This document shows, one piece after another, positions 50,464-61,237 of a stretch of DNA of 64,000 nt. How positions within the stretch are numbered: the stretch's first letter is position 1; every line of letters begins with the position of its first letter. Source of the stretch: Curvularia clavata (lineage: Eukaryota); assembly GCA_023920165.1 (NCBI GenBank), contig CP089279.1, positions 1,488,001 to 1,552,000 on the forward strand, written 5' to 3'. The position numbers and the translations under genes were made by a program. The notes under the pieces were generated by a model. The model was not told the DNA's origin, made no database searches, and worked only from the letters and a program-made list of their open reading frames with translations.

Positions 50464-51966
50464 CTACGCCTTCCTTCTCTTCACCCTAGGCGTCCACTCA
50501 CTCCCCACGCCATCACTCTTCCTCGCACCAAACCCAGCCGAGCTACTACTACTACCATTATTGATCCTAGGCGTCTGTCCGCCCACTCTCTCAAACAGCC
50601 TTTGTGCTGCAGGCGTCAAATCGCCTTTTCCTTTTCTACCTGGCGTCTGTCCGCCCGCACCGGCAGCAGCATTCCTCAACCGCATTGCCGCCGGCGTAGG
50701 CGCGCTCAAAAATCGAGGTGTTTCCGAAGTAAATATGCCGAGGCCGGAGCCTGTAGGTTTACGAGTGGAAGATGACGTCTTGTCGGTGTTGTGAGAAGAA
50801 CGATTTGCATTAATCTTGTCGACCATTCTGTGCAGCATCTTCTCGCGAGATGAGGACTCGTTGATGGTGAAGGGTGTGGCTTTGCTACTACTACTGTTGG
50901 CTAAGCCGTAGCGTTCGAGGAGATCGGTTGGTGCGTCTTCTTCGTCGGAAGACGAGGAAGGGGAAGGCGGGTGGGCGTCGACAAAGGCATAGCCGTTTAC
51001 GCGGGGGGTTTCGCTGCCAGTGTAGCCGCCCTCGCTGGGATTGAGACGGGGGCGCCCGGCAATGGCATCACGTATGGCAGAAAGGGTGGGACTGGCTGGT
51101 CTTGGGGCTTGCTCAGTGTCTGGGGCCGGTAGACGAGTGTTGTTATATACGACTTGCTTTGGCGGAGCCAGAGACTTGTTTTCTGCCACTTGAGCGCGTG
51201 TAGGTGCCCATTGTTCTACGCTGTCGGGGCCAAACATTAGATTGTTGATGGCTGTGTGTCTGTGTCCGGTTGGTGCTGCGGGTCGCTCATCGAGGTCCTG
51301 GCTAGGCCGTGTGCTGACGACTAGTTCTTTGCCTTTTGATTCTGCGGCTCTCGCTTCGATGACTTTCTGCTGGGCTATGCGTTGTTTACTTGCATACGCG
51401 TTACCCTGTCGTAGCCATACGTTCTTCTCAAACTTGGCCTTGTTCTGCTTGTCGATAATCTGACTGAAACTTTCTTGGTCTTCGCTCGTGTATTTAGCTT
51501 GGAAGGCCCCGAGACTCATGTTCAAATCCACATGGTCCAGCTTGCCCATTTCTTCTTCATCATCATCTTCTCCTGCTTGGCTTTCCGCGACAGTGACCGG
51601 CGTATCTGCTCCCCATACACTCGGCGTCTTGTCCCCAGCACCACCCGCGGTCTCGAACCTCGTCCTTGCTGCCATCTTCCGCTGTCCGCTCGGCACAGGC
51701 GTCATTACCTGTGTGAGTTTTTTGCCAGCCTCTCGTATCCATGTCCGATTCTTGCTTTCGACAGCATTCAGGTATTCGCGCTGTGCATCTGCTTCAGCCA
51801 ACCCAGGAAAGAAGTCGCGACGGACAATGTGAGAAATCGCAGAGACGTAGGTATCTTCGTCAAGAACTATAGAAGGGCGCTTGATTCGCTTCGGCGCAGG
51901 AGGCGGGGGCATGAGTGCATCTGGCGCATTGCGCTTCGAGAGCGCTGTAGTATTGGAGGCGGACAT
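50464..51966 (-). CDS. ESS2: Splicing factor ESS2/DGCR14 (Es2 family)
   Basis: Motifs VLDEDTYVSAISHIVRRDFFPGL, SLGAFQAKYTSEDQESF, NNLMFGP, TPRVNGYAFV, LTPAAQRL; ATG at 51966. Confidence 0.92.
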   Translation of the reverse strand: MSASNTTALSKRNAPDALMPPPPAPKRIKRPSIVLDEDTYVSAISHIVRRDFFPGLAEADAQREYLNAVESKNRTWIREAGKKLTQVMTPVPSGQRKMAARTRFETAGGAGDKTPSVWGADTPVTVAESQAGEDDDEEEMGKLDHVDLNMSLGAFQAKYTSEDQESFSQIIDKQNKAKFEKNVWLRQGNAYASKQRIAQQKVIEARAAESKGKELVVSTRPSQDLDERPAAPTGHRHTAINNLMFGPDSVEQWAPTRAQVAENKSLAPPKQVVYNNTRLPAPDTEQAPRPASPTLSAIRDAIAGRPRLNPSEGGYTGSETPRVNGYAFVDAHPPSPSSSSDEEDAPTDLLERYGLANSSSSKATPFTINESSSREKMLHRMVDKINANRSSHNTDKTSSSTRKPTGSGLGIFTSETPRFLSAPTPAAMRLRNAAAGAGGQTPGRKGKGDLTPAAQRLFERVGGQTPRINNGSSSSSAGFGARKSDGVGSEWTPRVKRRKA

Positions 51967-52631
51967 GGCGCGGACGTGTAGGTTGAAGGCTGTTGAACCG
52001 TGGCGGGAGGTTTTGCTGAGAATTGTAACAGACTGACGACTCAAAGGTCAAGTAGGTATCGTGAAAGGGTCTAGAAATCTCGACATGAGTGTTGCGGTTG
52101 TGTGGATGGCGAGTCTGGATTGTCGCAAAGTGACGTTCTTGGAGGTTGATGTCTTGGCGGTGGCAGATGGCTCCACCGCCTTCAGCCCTACCACCCATGC
52201 ACGTACGGATGAAAGTACCTGCATAAACCTAGTGGGACACAAGTTACACAAATAAGTCTGATGATATTCCGTGGTTCAAAAGAAGATGTATCTGCATAGC
52301 GTTCATTATAAGTCTGAGGCAAGCCTCGCTTACAAGATAACCTATCTGCGGTATCCTATGTAGTATCTACAGTGCAAAGCCATTGCACAGACACTACCCT
52401 GTCCTCGTATAACAACCAATGCTCAAACGTTTCCTGGAAATGAAACTGCTGCTTCTGCTATTTTCTCACAACGGCAACCAATCTCTCTATCCTTGGCGGA
52501 TAACTTTTTTTTTAGCCTTGGATACTTTTATCAAGGACCTCGGCGCTCAAGACGTTGCTATACGCCTTCATCGGACTACTGAAATCATGAATAGTGAAGG
52601 GGCACACCCGGACATGTCCAAAAATCTACTT

Positions 52632-53551
52632 TTAGTAGAACGATTCGACCATGGCATCCTTGTGTGTAGTGTTGATGTTGGCAGGGCCGTTGCCCTCACC
52701 AAGTCTGAAGACGGATTCGACGACTGAGAGCTCAGTAGCAGTGGTATCAAGACCTGTATCGTGTAAGTACATGCCCTCTTGATACTCTATCAACATATGT
52801 ACTTACCAGTAACGGCCATCCAGTCGTTGACAACCATTCCAGCACCAACAACAGCACTACCACGGTTTACACTACCAGCGACAAGCGGAACCTGCAGCAA
52901 ACTTGAAAGTTCGTCTTGGTCTTGGATGCTAGTCTTGGGGTGGACGATGCCGCCCTGGTTGCTCAGCGCCATGTAGCTTCCAGTGAGCACGTTGTCGGCA
53001 ATGGTTTGCCTGAACACCTCCACACCCAACACATCTGCTATTATCTCTTCGGTTTCGCGCTCAATGTCTGGGTGAACGAGGGCAACGTGATCGTTGCAAC
53101 ATATTACGTTGCCGAGGGCAGATAATCGCTCTTCTATTCTTTGGATCTTGACTTCATCGGGTATGGAATTTCGGAGGTGCTGGAGTTCTTGGTCTGTGGT
53201 AGTAGTGGGAACGAGAAGGCCATTCTTGTTGCTATAGATTTATTAGCCGCAAAGCTCGCCATATACTGCGCGTATGACAAGGATATCCACGTACCCAGCA
53301 GTCAACCTGCCAACGATTCTGGTGCCGGCGATGGTGGCGTGGCAAATAGGAATGACGTCCTGTAATTCGGCTTCGAAGACACTGTTTCGTCGATGTAAGT
53401 ATTACTGCTTTGTCAAAGCTGTTTCCATCGCAATGAATGCGCACCTGTAAAAGTTCTCGCTCGCGCCGACAGCGACAATCGCATATGCGTTTGTGAGGGT
53501 AGAAAAGACACCAACTTCGTTGGAGTTTTCGAACTGTGCGCGGACAGCCAT
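52632..53551 (-). CDS. TIF6: Eukaryotic translation initiation factor 6
   Basis: Exons 53551-53445, 53381-53295, 53231-52807, 52753-52632. Motifs [61 protein letters not shown]. Confidence 0.98.
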
Positions 53552-54902
53552 GGTTACTGTTTTCTCGGTGGAGCTTGTTCGCGGAGCTTGTTGAGGTAAA
53601 GGTTTAGGGTAGTAGAGTAAGGCGAGGTATAGAAGTGCGCAGTGGTCGAGCTTGAGGTGTGGTTCTGCAGAGACTGCGAAGAATGCGCAACTATTTTGTA
53701 AAGAGCGACATCATTAGCCCCGCTACTTGATCGGGCTTAGCGTGGCGGGCGCTATTTCGACTCATCCTGAGTGAACCTGGTGAGGGTCCATTCGGCTGCA
53801 TATCTCGCCGCATCTGGATGTACGCCTTGGTCCAGGTATGACTGTGAGCTGCAAAGAGTCATCGACACAGCCGCGGCGGTTGACCAACGCGAAGCAGCCT
53901 GGTCTCGAGAGATGATGTGACGATCCGGCAAATCCAGAGATCACGCTCAGGCCGCCAGCAAAAGCGAGTCAAGGCAGCCCGGTAAGGCTGGCATTCTGGA
54001 AGCCCTCCCCTCTTGGGCGACTGTCGTATGTCATTTCCTTGAACGCCTTCCCGAGAGCCTAACTAAGTCGTCTGCTCGGCCTCCCACGACGCTTACTCTG
54101 CTCGCCCACGTCGCGCTCTGGCTTTAACCTGGCACGCATCATTTCGACATGATTCACGCAGAAGAACCATCGTCGTAGCGTCGCCTTGTCATCACGGATC
54201 TTGATCGATATAGAGCAGATCACTCAAACGACAGACGTCATGCGCTTCCTTAGAATGCCGGTGCCACTGCATTATTCTATTAGGGACCGACGCACGGATA
54301 GACCCTGCGACAGATTTCCAGCCACCAGAGATGGCTATCCTTGCCTCACATCCAGCAGCCCTATCAAGACGAATCCACAAGTGACAGGTGACAAATACAG
54401 TGACAGACACAGAAACAAGTCGAGAATGCAAGGATCATGGTATTTTGGCATGGCAGCATTGCCGAATATCCGATAAAACAAATGGGTAATAGGCTTTCGA
54501 AGAGCACAAACAAGCTGACAACAGGAGCAACGCCCGCTAAACCGCAAGAATGCTGTGTACGATACGCTTCCCAAATGGAAGAAGATAGATCAAATACAAT
54601 AGGGTAGAATTTAAAATAAGAAAAGCACCAAAGGCTGCCCAAACACCAGACAGCAAGCTCAAAGCAACATCCAAAGAGATGACAGACCGAGCGTTTGCGC
54701 CATGTAGCGCGACCAGAAAAACATTAACATGTAGTATGGCATCAATATGTTCGTAAGGCGGTTCGTTATGTAGGGTATCTCGTGCGACAGGTAATGTACA
54801 CGACCAATGTAGCCGCAGGAAGCGACCGATAGATCAAGAGCTTTTTTGCCGACAACTTGTTGGCTGAAATACACATTGTGCAAGTGCTCAAGTGGAGGTC
54901 AC

Positions 54903-57140
54903 TCAAGACATGCGTGATGCGAGAATGGCCAAGGCGATGATGACACCGATGAGAAGGGTGCCGACTCCAGACATGACGCGATTGAGGTTGCGCCACCAAT
55001 GCGCCTTTTGGAAGGCTTTATCGTCTACTGCCGCCATGGTCTGGGCGAATTGTTGTTCCAAGTCAGGCTGGCTCGTGGTGGGAGTCGCCATATGACCCGG
55101 ATTAAGAGGCAGTGGAAGGAACGAAGCAACTATCCAGGCTGTTTTTTTTCTCTTGTTAGTACAATTGTTTATTCTGATGAGCTGAAGAAGAGAAGACTCA
55201 CACAAAGGGCAGAGAAATCCCAAGCAGAAAAGCAGGATTTGTCGATTTTGGCGTCCAAAGAGCGTCATATGGACATCGGCGTCTAGAGATGGGGCGTTCC
55301 ATGCGCTGTAACGTGTCTGTCCTCTGCGATCGGTTCGGAGATGTGGTGTTGAGTAGCCTCTCAGCTGGTACATTTGACGACCGTTGGCTGCATAGCCTGC
55401 ACCATCAATCGACTGAGCGTCGTCGGCAAGGGAGACGGTATCGGTGGTCGAAGCGGCTCGGTTTCGGGGTCGGTTTCGCGGGCGATAGATATTGGGCGGG
55501 TATTGGCTCTCAGAGGGGGTACGTGACCTGCCACTCTGTGACCTCTCCGGCGCGATACTTTCCGCGTACTCTGACTCTGGGGCCGCCATGGAAATGCGTT
55601 CGCCTTTCTGGTAGTAAGCTCTTGCCCAAGCGGGAATGCTGTTGGCCAGAAAAGTGGACACGTTCGACTGTGCGGATCCCGGGCGAGACTCATCCATCGA
55701 CATGCTCTCAACGCTGCTGGCTCTACGTAGATAGCCCGAGTTCTTCATCCGCAGAGGTACCGACGAAGGCAATGGCGAGATGGTATCTAGGTGCTCGCTG
55801 TTGTTATCGTCGAGAGAGCTCTTCGGGACCGGCGAGAAGAGCGGTCGTGGTACCGCTGAGAACTCAGTGTGGGCTTCGGATGAGACATTGTCGATGGAGG
55901 ATTGTGCGCTTGAGACCGTCTGTCCTCTCCGCCTTGGAATGTTGCTTCGGCCACTAGCACTGTAGCTTTCTTGGGAATGCGACCTCGCACCAAACGATCG
56001 TGAACCCCGTGCAATTGAGCGCGAATCACGTTCGGATCCCGAGGGAATTGTTGACAGCTGAGAACTCCATTGGTGTATCAACGAGCGGTCCTGCATCCGG
56101 GACAGGATACTGGGATGGTTCTGGGACTCGGCCCTCAGGTCTCTGGACGACGGCGTACGGACAATAGGGTAATTAATTCGGACACCGCTCGCATAAGAGC
56201 CTGTGCTGGCGTCATGAAGGACAGGTGACGAAGTTGGCTCGATGCTAGTGGATGAAATATCAGAAAAGGTGATCGAATCCGTGCTTTGTTGAGGCTTCAA
56301 TACATGTTGTTGATAGTCAGTGTCACGAGAGATAGCAGAACGCCCTGCTTGGGATTCGGACGAAGGGGCTGGCTTGTCGGCTTGTGGTAGCGGTTGGCCG
56401 AAACTGAGACGCGACGAGTTTCCGACATGGCCAGAAGAAGATGGTTGGGGTGCGAGGATGGTCGAGGCAAAAGATGCAGCAGAGGCCTTTGGGGTCAATG
56501 CACCAGTGCGACTCTCCAACGAATCACCACCAGAAGAGGAGGGAGGAACAGCACGAATGGTTGACCTCGGGATGGGGGCTGCCTCTTGAAGTATGCTGGT
56601 GGTGGTGGTGTCATCGTCGGAGTCTGGTGGGGGCGATGACGGGGCAGTGCTGTCCTGTGAATACCTTACAGATGAAGGGGTGAAGGAAGAAGCCACGAGG
56701 GTGTCTTCCTCTGACGTGCTAGTTGCGGCTGAGTGTCTGATGGCTTTCTTGCGCGACAGGATTGGCTGTGGTGTCTGGACCCGGCTTGCCTCGAACTTTG
56801 CAACGACGCTGGCAACCTGGCTGTTAGTAGATGAAACGCGAGACCCCGGTCTCTCCGGCCTCTCGAACCCATAACCCGGCGCATGAAGGGGTGGAGACAG
56901 AATCTGCGAGGGTTCGCTGGGTACGGGATATTTTTGATAGATGTCATCGGGGGTGTCATTGACTAAGCGTATGGTAGGGCTGGCGTGTTGATTGGCATGT
57001 GAATGCGAACGTTCGTGAAGTGGCTTCCGGACAGGCGAGGAATCCTTGGCGGGAGATTTTGGGGGCGAAAAACGAGGGCCTTGAGGAATTGTGATTGCTG
57101 CTGGTGTGGGTGTTTTGGTGCGACGGCTTGGTGAGGACAT
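54903..57140 (-). CDS. Serine-rich hypothetical protein with C-terminal transmembrane segments
   Basis: Long Ser-rich ORF. C-terminal block RQILLFCLGFLCPL/SWIVASFLPLP...AHWWRNLNRVMSGVGTLLIGVIIALAI. Probable 63-nt intron at 55139-55201. Confidence 0.85.
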   Translation of the reverse strand: MSSPSRRTKTPTPAAITIPQGPRFSPPKSPAKDSSPVRKPLHERSHSHANQHASPTIRLVNDTPDDIYQKYPVPSEPSQILSPPLHAPGYGFERPERPGSRVSSTNSQVASVVAKFEASRVQTPQPILSRKKAIRHSAATSTSEEDTLVASSFTPSSVRYSQDSTAPSSPPPDSDDDTTTTSILQEAAPIPRSTIRAVPPSSSGGDSLESRTGALTPKASAASFASTILAPQPSSSGHVGNSSRLSFGQPLPQADKPAPSSESQAGRSAISRDTDYQQHVLKPQQSTDSITFSDISSTSIEPTSSPVLHDASTGSYASGVRINYPIVRTPSSRDLRAESQNHPSILSRMQDRSLIHQWSSQLSTIPSGSERDSRSIARGSRSFGARSHSQESYSASGRSNIPRRRGQTVSSAQSSIDNVSSEAHTEFSAVPRPLFSPVPKSSLDDNNSEHLDTISPLPSSVPLRMKNSGYLRRASSVESMSMDESRPGSAQSNVSTFLANSIPAWARAYYQKGERISMAAPESEYAESIAPERSQSGRSRTPSESQYPPNIYRPRNRPRNRAASTTDTVSLADDAQSIDGAGYAANGRQMYQLRGYSTPHLRTDRRGQTRYSAWNAPSLDADVHMTLFGRQNRQILLFCLGFLCPLCESSLLQLIRINNCTNKRKKTAWIVASFLPLPLNPGHMATPTTSQPDLEQQFAQTMAAVDDKAFQKAHWWRNLNRVMSGVGTLLIGVIIALAILASRMS

Positions 57141-58175
57141 GCTGCAGTGGAAGCAGCTGCCGTGGTGGTGGTGATGTTGGTGTTGGTGGTACGTGGGTGG
57201 GTCGGATGTCCAACAGTGTCGGGTGCAGGTGTGCGGAGAAGTCGAAACGGAGCATTAAAGATAGGCGCGATGTGAGTAACGATTGTAGTTGGGTAAGGAT
57301 GGTCAAAAGAGCGACAGTAGAGCTAAAAACATGTCAAAAAAAAGAGTGACTTTGCCCGGGGGCGATTAAGGATAGACGTGTTTCGGGGGAGGGAGGGAGA
57401 GAGCGAGAGACTGGTGGTGGAGAGGAAGACGGACGTTGGCAGTTGGCAGACGGGTCGGCCTAAAGAGGGAGCGTGGCTGGCAGCAAATGCAGGTTCGCGC
57501 TGCAGGTGGGATCCAGTTGGCAGCTGCGCCCCGGCACCCGTTCAAGCGGTCAGGTTAAGCAAAGCCAGCGGGCGAGCACGAGCCGTAGCAGTTGAATAGG
57601 ATTTGACGCTGGCGCCGGCCTGCCCTCGCTGCACTGAATGCTCTGGCGACGATGCGAGAGTGACGCTGGGCGCGCAGTCTACTCGTTGCCCCGATGCTCT
57701 CCAGGAACCCTCGTCGACGGCCGTCGCTGGGCAAACGGGCGCAGGGCGACACGAGTCGACGGGTGCAAATGATTAATTAGCCCTGGCCCAGCCAGTGACG
57801 ATGGGCGTGCGCAGGCTGCAGGGGTAACGCGCCGCGGGTTTCAGCAGAAGGATCCAGCCCAGAAGGAGAATGGACTAATAGAGGACAGGCACCGCCGGGT
57901 CAGGCCCTGGCTGGGGGCAGTCAATCAATTGATGGGCGACGGACGGATGCGGATGCGGATGGGCGGATGGATGGTCGTGGTGGTGGTTATCGATAATCCA
58001 ACAGTGGTAGCGACAACAACGGGCGCACTCGAGTCGCTCTCTCGCGCGTCAACGCGGGGAGCGGGTATATAACACTCGACGCTTCTAGTCCACGCCGCTC
58101 GCTGGCTCCAAGGGGGTAGTGTGTTTGACTGCTGCTGTCCAGCTGTTCTTTTTCGTCGCATCGCGCCCTCTCACC

Positions 58176-59536
58176 ATGCCTCCTCCGCCAACGGCCTGGC
58201 GGTCCAGTTTCAGCGCGCTCCAGGCCATGTACGAGCGACACGTCAAGGGCGGTAAGCAGCAATCCATTGGCCTGTGGGCCTTCCTTTGCCACGGCACTCT
58301 GCTTTTGACGCCCATCACCCCGTCTCCAGTTTGTGTCGAAACATGGCCGTCCACTCTAACCCGTCCCCAGTTCCTCAGCCGCCCGTCCTCTCCGCCAATA
58401 CCGCTGCGCTGCTATCGGTACGTTTCACCCATTCCCCACTACTACTACCACTACTACTACCACCGCTTGCCGCCGCCGCGACTGCTACCAATCCTCTCAC
58501 CCTATGGTTTTACACAACCCATACAACCACAGAAACTACTAAAAATACTACTGACGCGTTCAATCCCAGACTGCCTATGTCTTCATCTACGTAATTCCCT
58601 TCTACCTCTCGTCCGCCACTCGCCCCTCCATCACGCTCTCGCGCGATGCTCCCTCGTCGATACGCGCCAGAGTCCGCGCCGTGACCTTTTCCACGCTTCT
58701 GTGCTCCCTCCTCACCGTCCTGCTTCTCCATCGCCATGAAGTGTCCTTCTCCCAAATACTCACCCTGCTCGGCCTGTGGCCTGTGTCCCCCATGGACACT
58801 CTTCGAACCATGCTTCTGGTCGTCATTCTCTTCGCAGGACCTCTGTTTGAGCACGGTCTAGTAGATGGCGAGTGGCGAGACTGGCTAACACTAAACGGCC
58901 TGTATGAGTCGCTGAGCAGCTGGATTGGGTACAGGAACTTTATAGTGGTAGGTTCCCCACCAAACACAACCCCTCCAGTCCGTCGCCTAACTCCGCTAGG
59001 GACCCGTCAGTGAAGAGCTCGTCTGGCGCTCCTTGATCGTACCCCTCCATGTCCTAGCCCGCTTCTCCGGCAAGCAGATCGTCTTCCTAACCCCACTCTA
59101 TTTTGGCATCGCCCATGTCCACCACTTGTACGAGTTCCGCATCACCCACCCACGCGTTCCCTTCATCCTGGCTGTGGCTCGCTCCCTCTTCCAGTTCACC
59201 TACACCTCGCTATTCGGCTTCTTCGCTGCTTTCGTCTTCGTGCGCACTGGCAATGTCTACACTTGTATTCTTGCTCATGCTTTCTGCAATTGGATGGGGC
59301 TCCCCCGCTTCTACGGCCGCGTTGGTGTCGAGGCAGGTGTCCCCATCGGTCCGCCAGACGTTGATAAAAAGGATGATGCCGATCAAAGAACCGCGCCTGC
59401 ATACCAGGGAAAGGGAATCGCTTGGACTGTAGCTTACTACCTCATCTTGGTAGCCGGCGCCGTGGGTTTTTACTACCAGCTGTTTCCGCTGACCGAGAGC
59501 AGCTATGCTCTGCCTGTTGCACTGACCAAGACATAA
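58176..59536 (+). CDS. RCE1: CaaX prenyl protease 2 (Rce1, CPBP/Abi family)
   Basis: Exons 58176-58251, 58371-58417, 58570-58947, 59000-59536. Motifs RNFIVGPVSEELVWR, FGIAHVHH, QFTYTSLFGF, HAFCNWMGLP. Confidence 0.95.
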
Positions 59537-59565
59537 CGGTCCCAAACTTCTTCTCAACAGACAAC

Positions 59566-60876
59566 TCACCGGAGACTAGCTATAGCCCACCAGTTGTCTT
59601 TTTCATATCCAGACTCGAGCACGACTCCGCCTGCCTGCTCGATATCGCCCTCAAGCTCTCCCTTGCGATACAAATGATAGTACCTCAAAAAAGTCTTGTC
59701 CCCCTCGGCCGTCTTGTCCTTCTCGCTGGCTCCATCGGCTTTCCCAACGTCTTCCTTTTTTTTCCGCTTTGCTTCCTTTTCCTTCTTTTGCTTCAGAACC
59801 CATGGAACCATGACATCTTGCTCGTGACCTTCATCCCACCCGCGTCTGCTGTCCTTTTGCTCCAGCGCCCACACGTAAATGAGCGCCCTGCCTCCTCCTG
59901 TGCTTCTATCCTTGTGGCTGGACTCTCCAGGATTCGGCGATGTTGGTCGCTTCAGGAGGTCCAAAACACACTTCACGGCCTCAACTCTCCGCGCTGGCGT
60001 AGACAAGTGGTGCACAACGGCAATGGATATAGCAAAGTCGAAGATGCCGTTTGGATGCGGAAGAGCGAGATTATCGGCCACAACCACATCATGTGGTTCG
60101 TGCTGTCGTGCAATCTTGGCCAAGTTTGTGGATCTAAAGCCGAGTTGAGATGAGGTTGAGAAGACGGTGGGAAAACAAAATATAAAAACGAAGATGGGTA
60201 GAAAAGAAAGGAAAATACAGGGTCCTTCTGGAAATAGAATCAATGCAAAAAAATAAAAATCTTCAAACGGTTGAAAAAGAATAACTGTTCCGCAATGACA
60301 TGTACCGTGCTCAGACAATTTCCACGAGAAAGAAAAAGAAAAAAAGACTTACCGGTCACTACCCACAATCCACACCTTATCGTTCACTGCGAGATACTTT
60401 CCATTGCCACATCCTACATCGGCTCCAATCGCCCCATCGGCTTGTTCCTTGAGGAATCGTTCGACGATAGGCCAGGGCTATGTGTATTACTAAGGTGTTA
60501 GTTGAAACGTTGTCTTCGAACAAAAAAAACAAGGGTTTCAACAGTGGAGATTTGCTTTTTTTTCGATAGTACCGGATAGGATAGGGAAATAGTACACGCG
60601 ACCAATACAAGGAAATGCTTCTTCCAATAATCAAGGTTGAGTGTGGAAGGCACTCAAAGAGTCGAGAGTCGAAAAGGAAGGAATCAATAAGGCGGAAAAT
60701 GGAAGGACATAAGGAAAATTCAAATAATGCAAGAAAGAAAGAAGGCGAACAAGAAGACGTACCTTGTACCTTGTCGAGGAAAAATGCGAGGCAATTTCTT
60801 CATACACTGAGTGCACGTGCGTGCTTTCGTAGTCTTGGGCTGTCGAGCCATCGGGCTTGTGTTCGGGTGCGGTCAT
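59566..60876 (-). CDS. TRM9: tRNA (carboxymethyluridine(34)-5-O)-methyltransferase Trm9
   Basis: Exons 60876-60763, 60477-60353, 60133-59566. Motifs [76 protein letters not shown]. Confidence 0.95.
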
Positions 60877-61237
60877 TTGTGGGAGGTGGGGGATGGTAGA
60901 GAAGGAATGTAGGGAATAAAGGGATGGGATTGGAATTAGTCAAGTAGAGGAGGGCGTACAATATATTTGTGTGCAAGAGTATATGTATGAGCGAAAGGGA
61001 AGGGTGCGAATTAGAGTTCCAATGGAGGGGGAAAAAGGTAAAGAATGGATATGCCAAGACGCTACCTACGCTACAGACAAACGTCTTGTTTTTTTCCCTA
61101 CCTCTTCTTCTTGAACGGTAAATATATGTTCTGTTCAAATAAAAACCTACCTGTTCTTGTAATCGAAAAATGTTACATGTTTTTTTATGCAACTCACCAT
61201 GTACAATTCGTAGACAATAGAAGATATGTATATTGCT

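Noticed and set aside
59422..60153. 243 aa plus-strand ORF overlapping the RCE1 end and TRM9
   Set aside because: Antisense shadow of TRM9 exon 3 with a non-ATG start.
1216..60876. Apparent concentration of translation genes (RPS7, RPS29, KRI1, TIF6, TRM9)
   Set aside because: Dispersed over 60 kb among unrelated genes; not distinguishable from chance without a genome-wide test.
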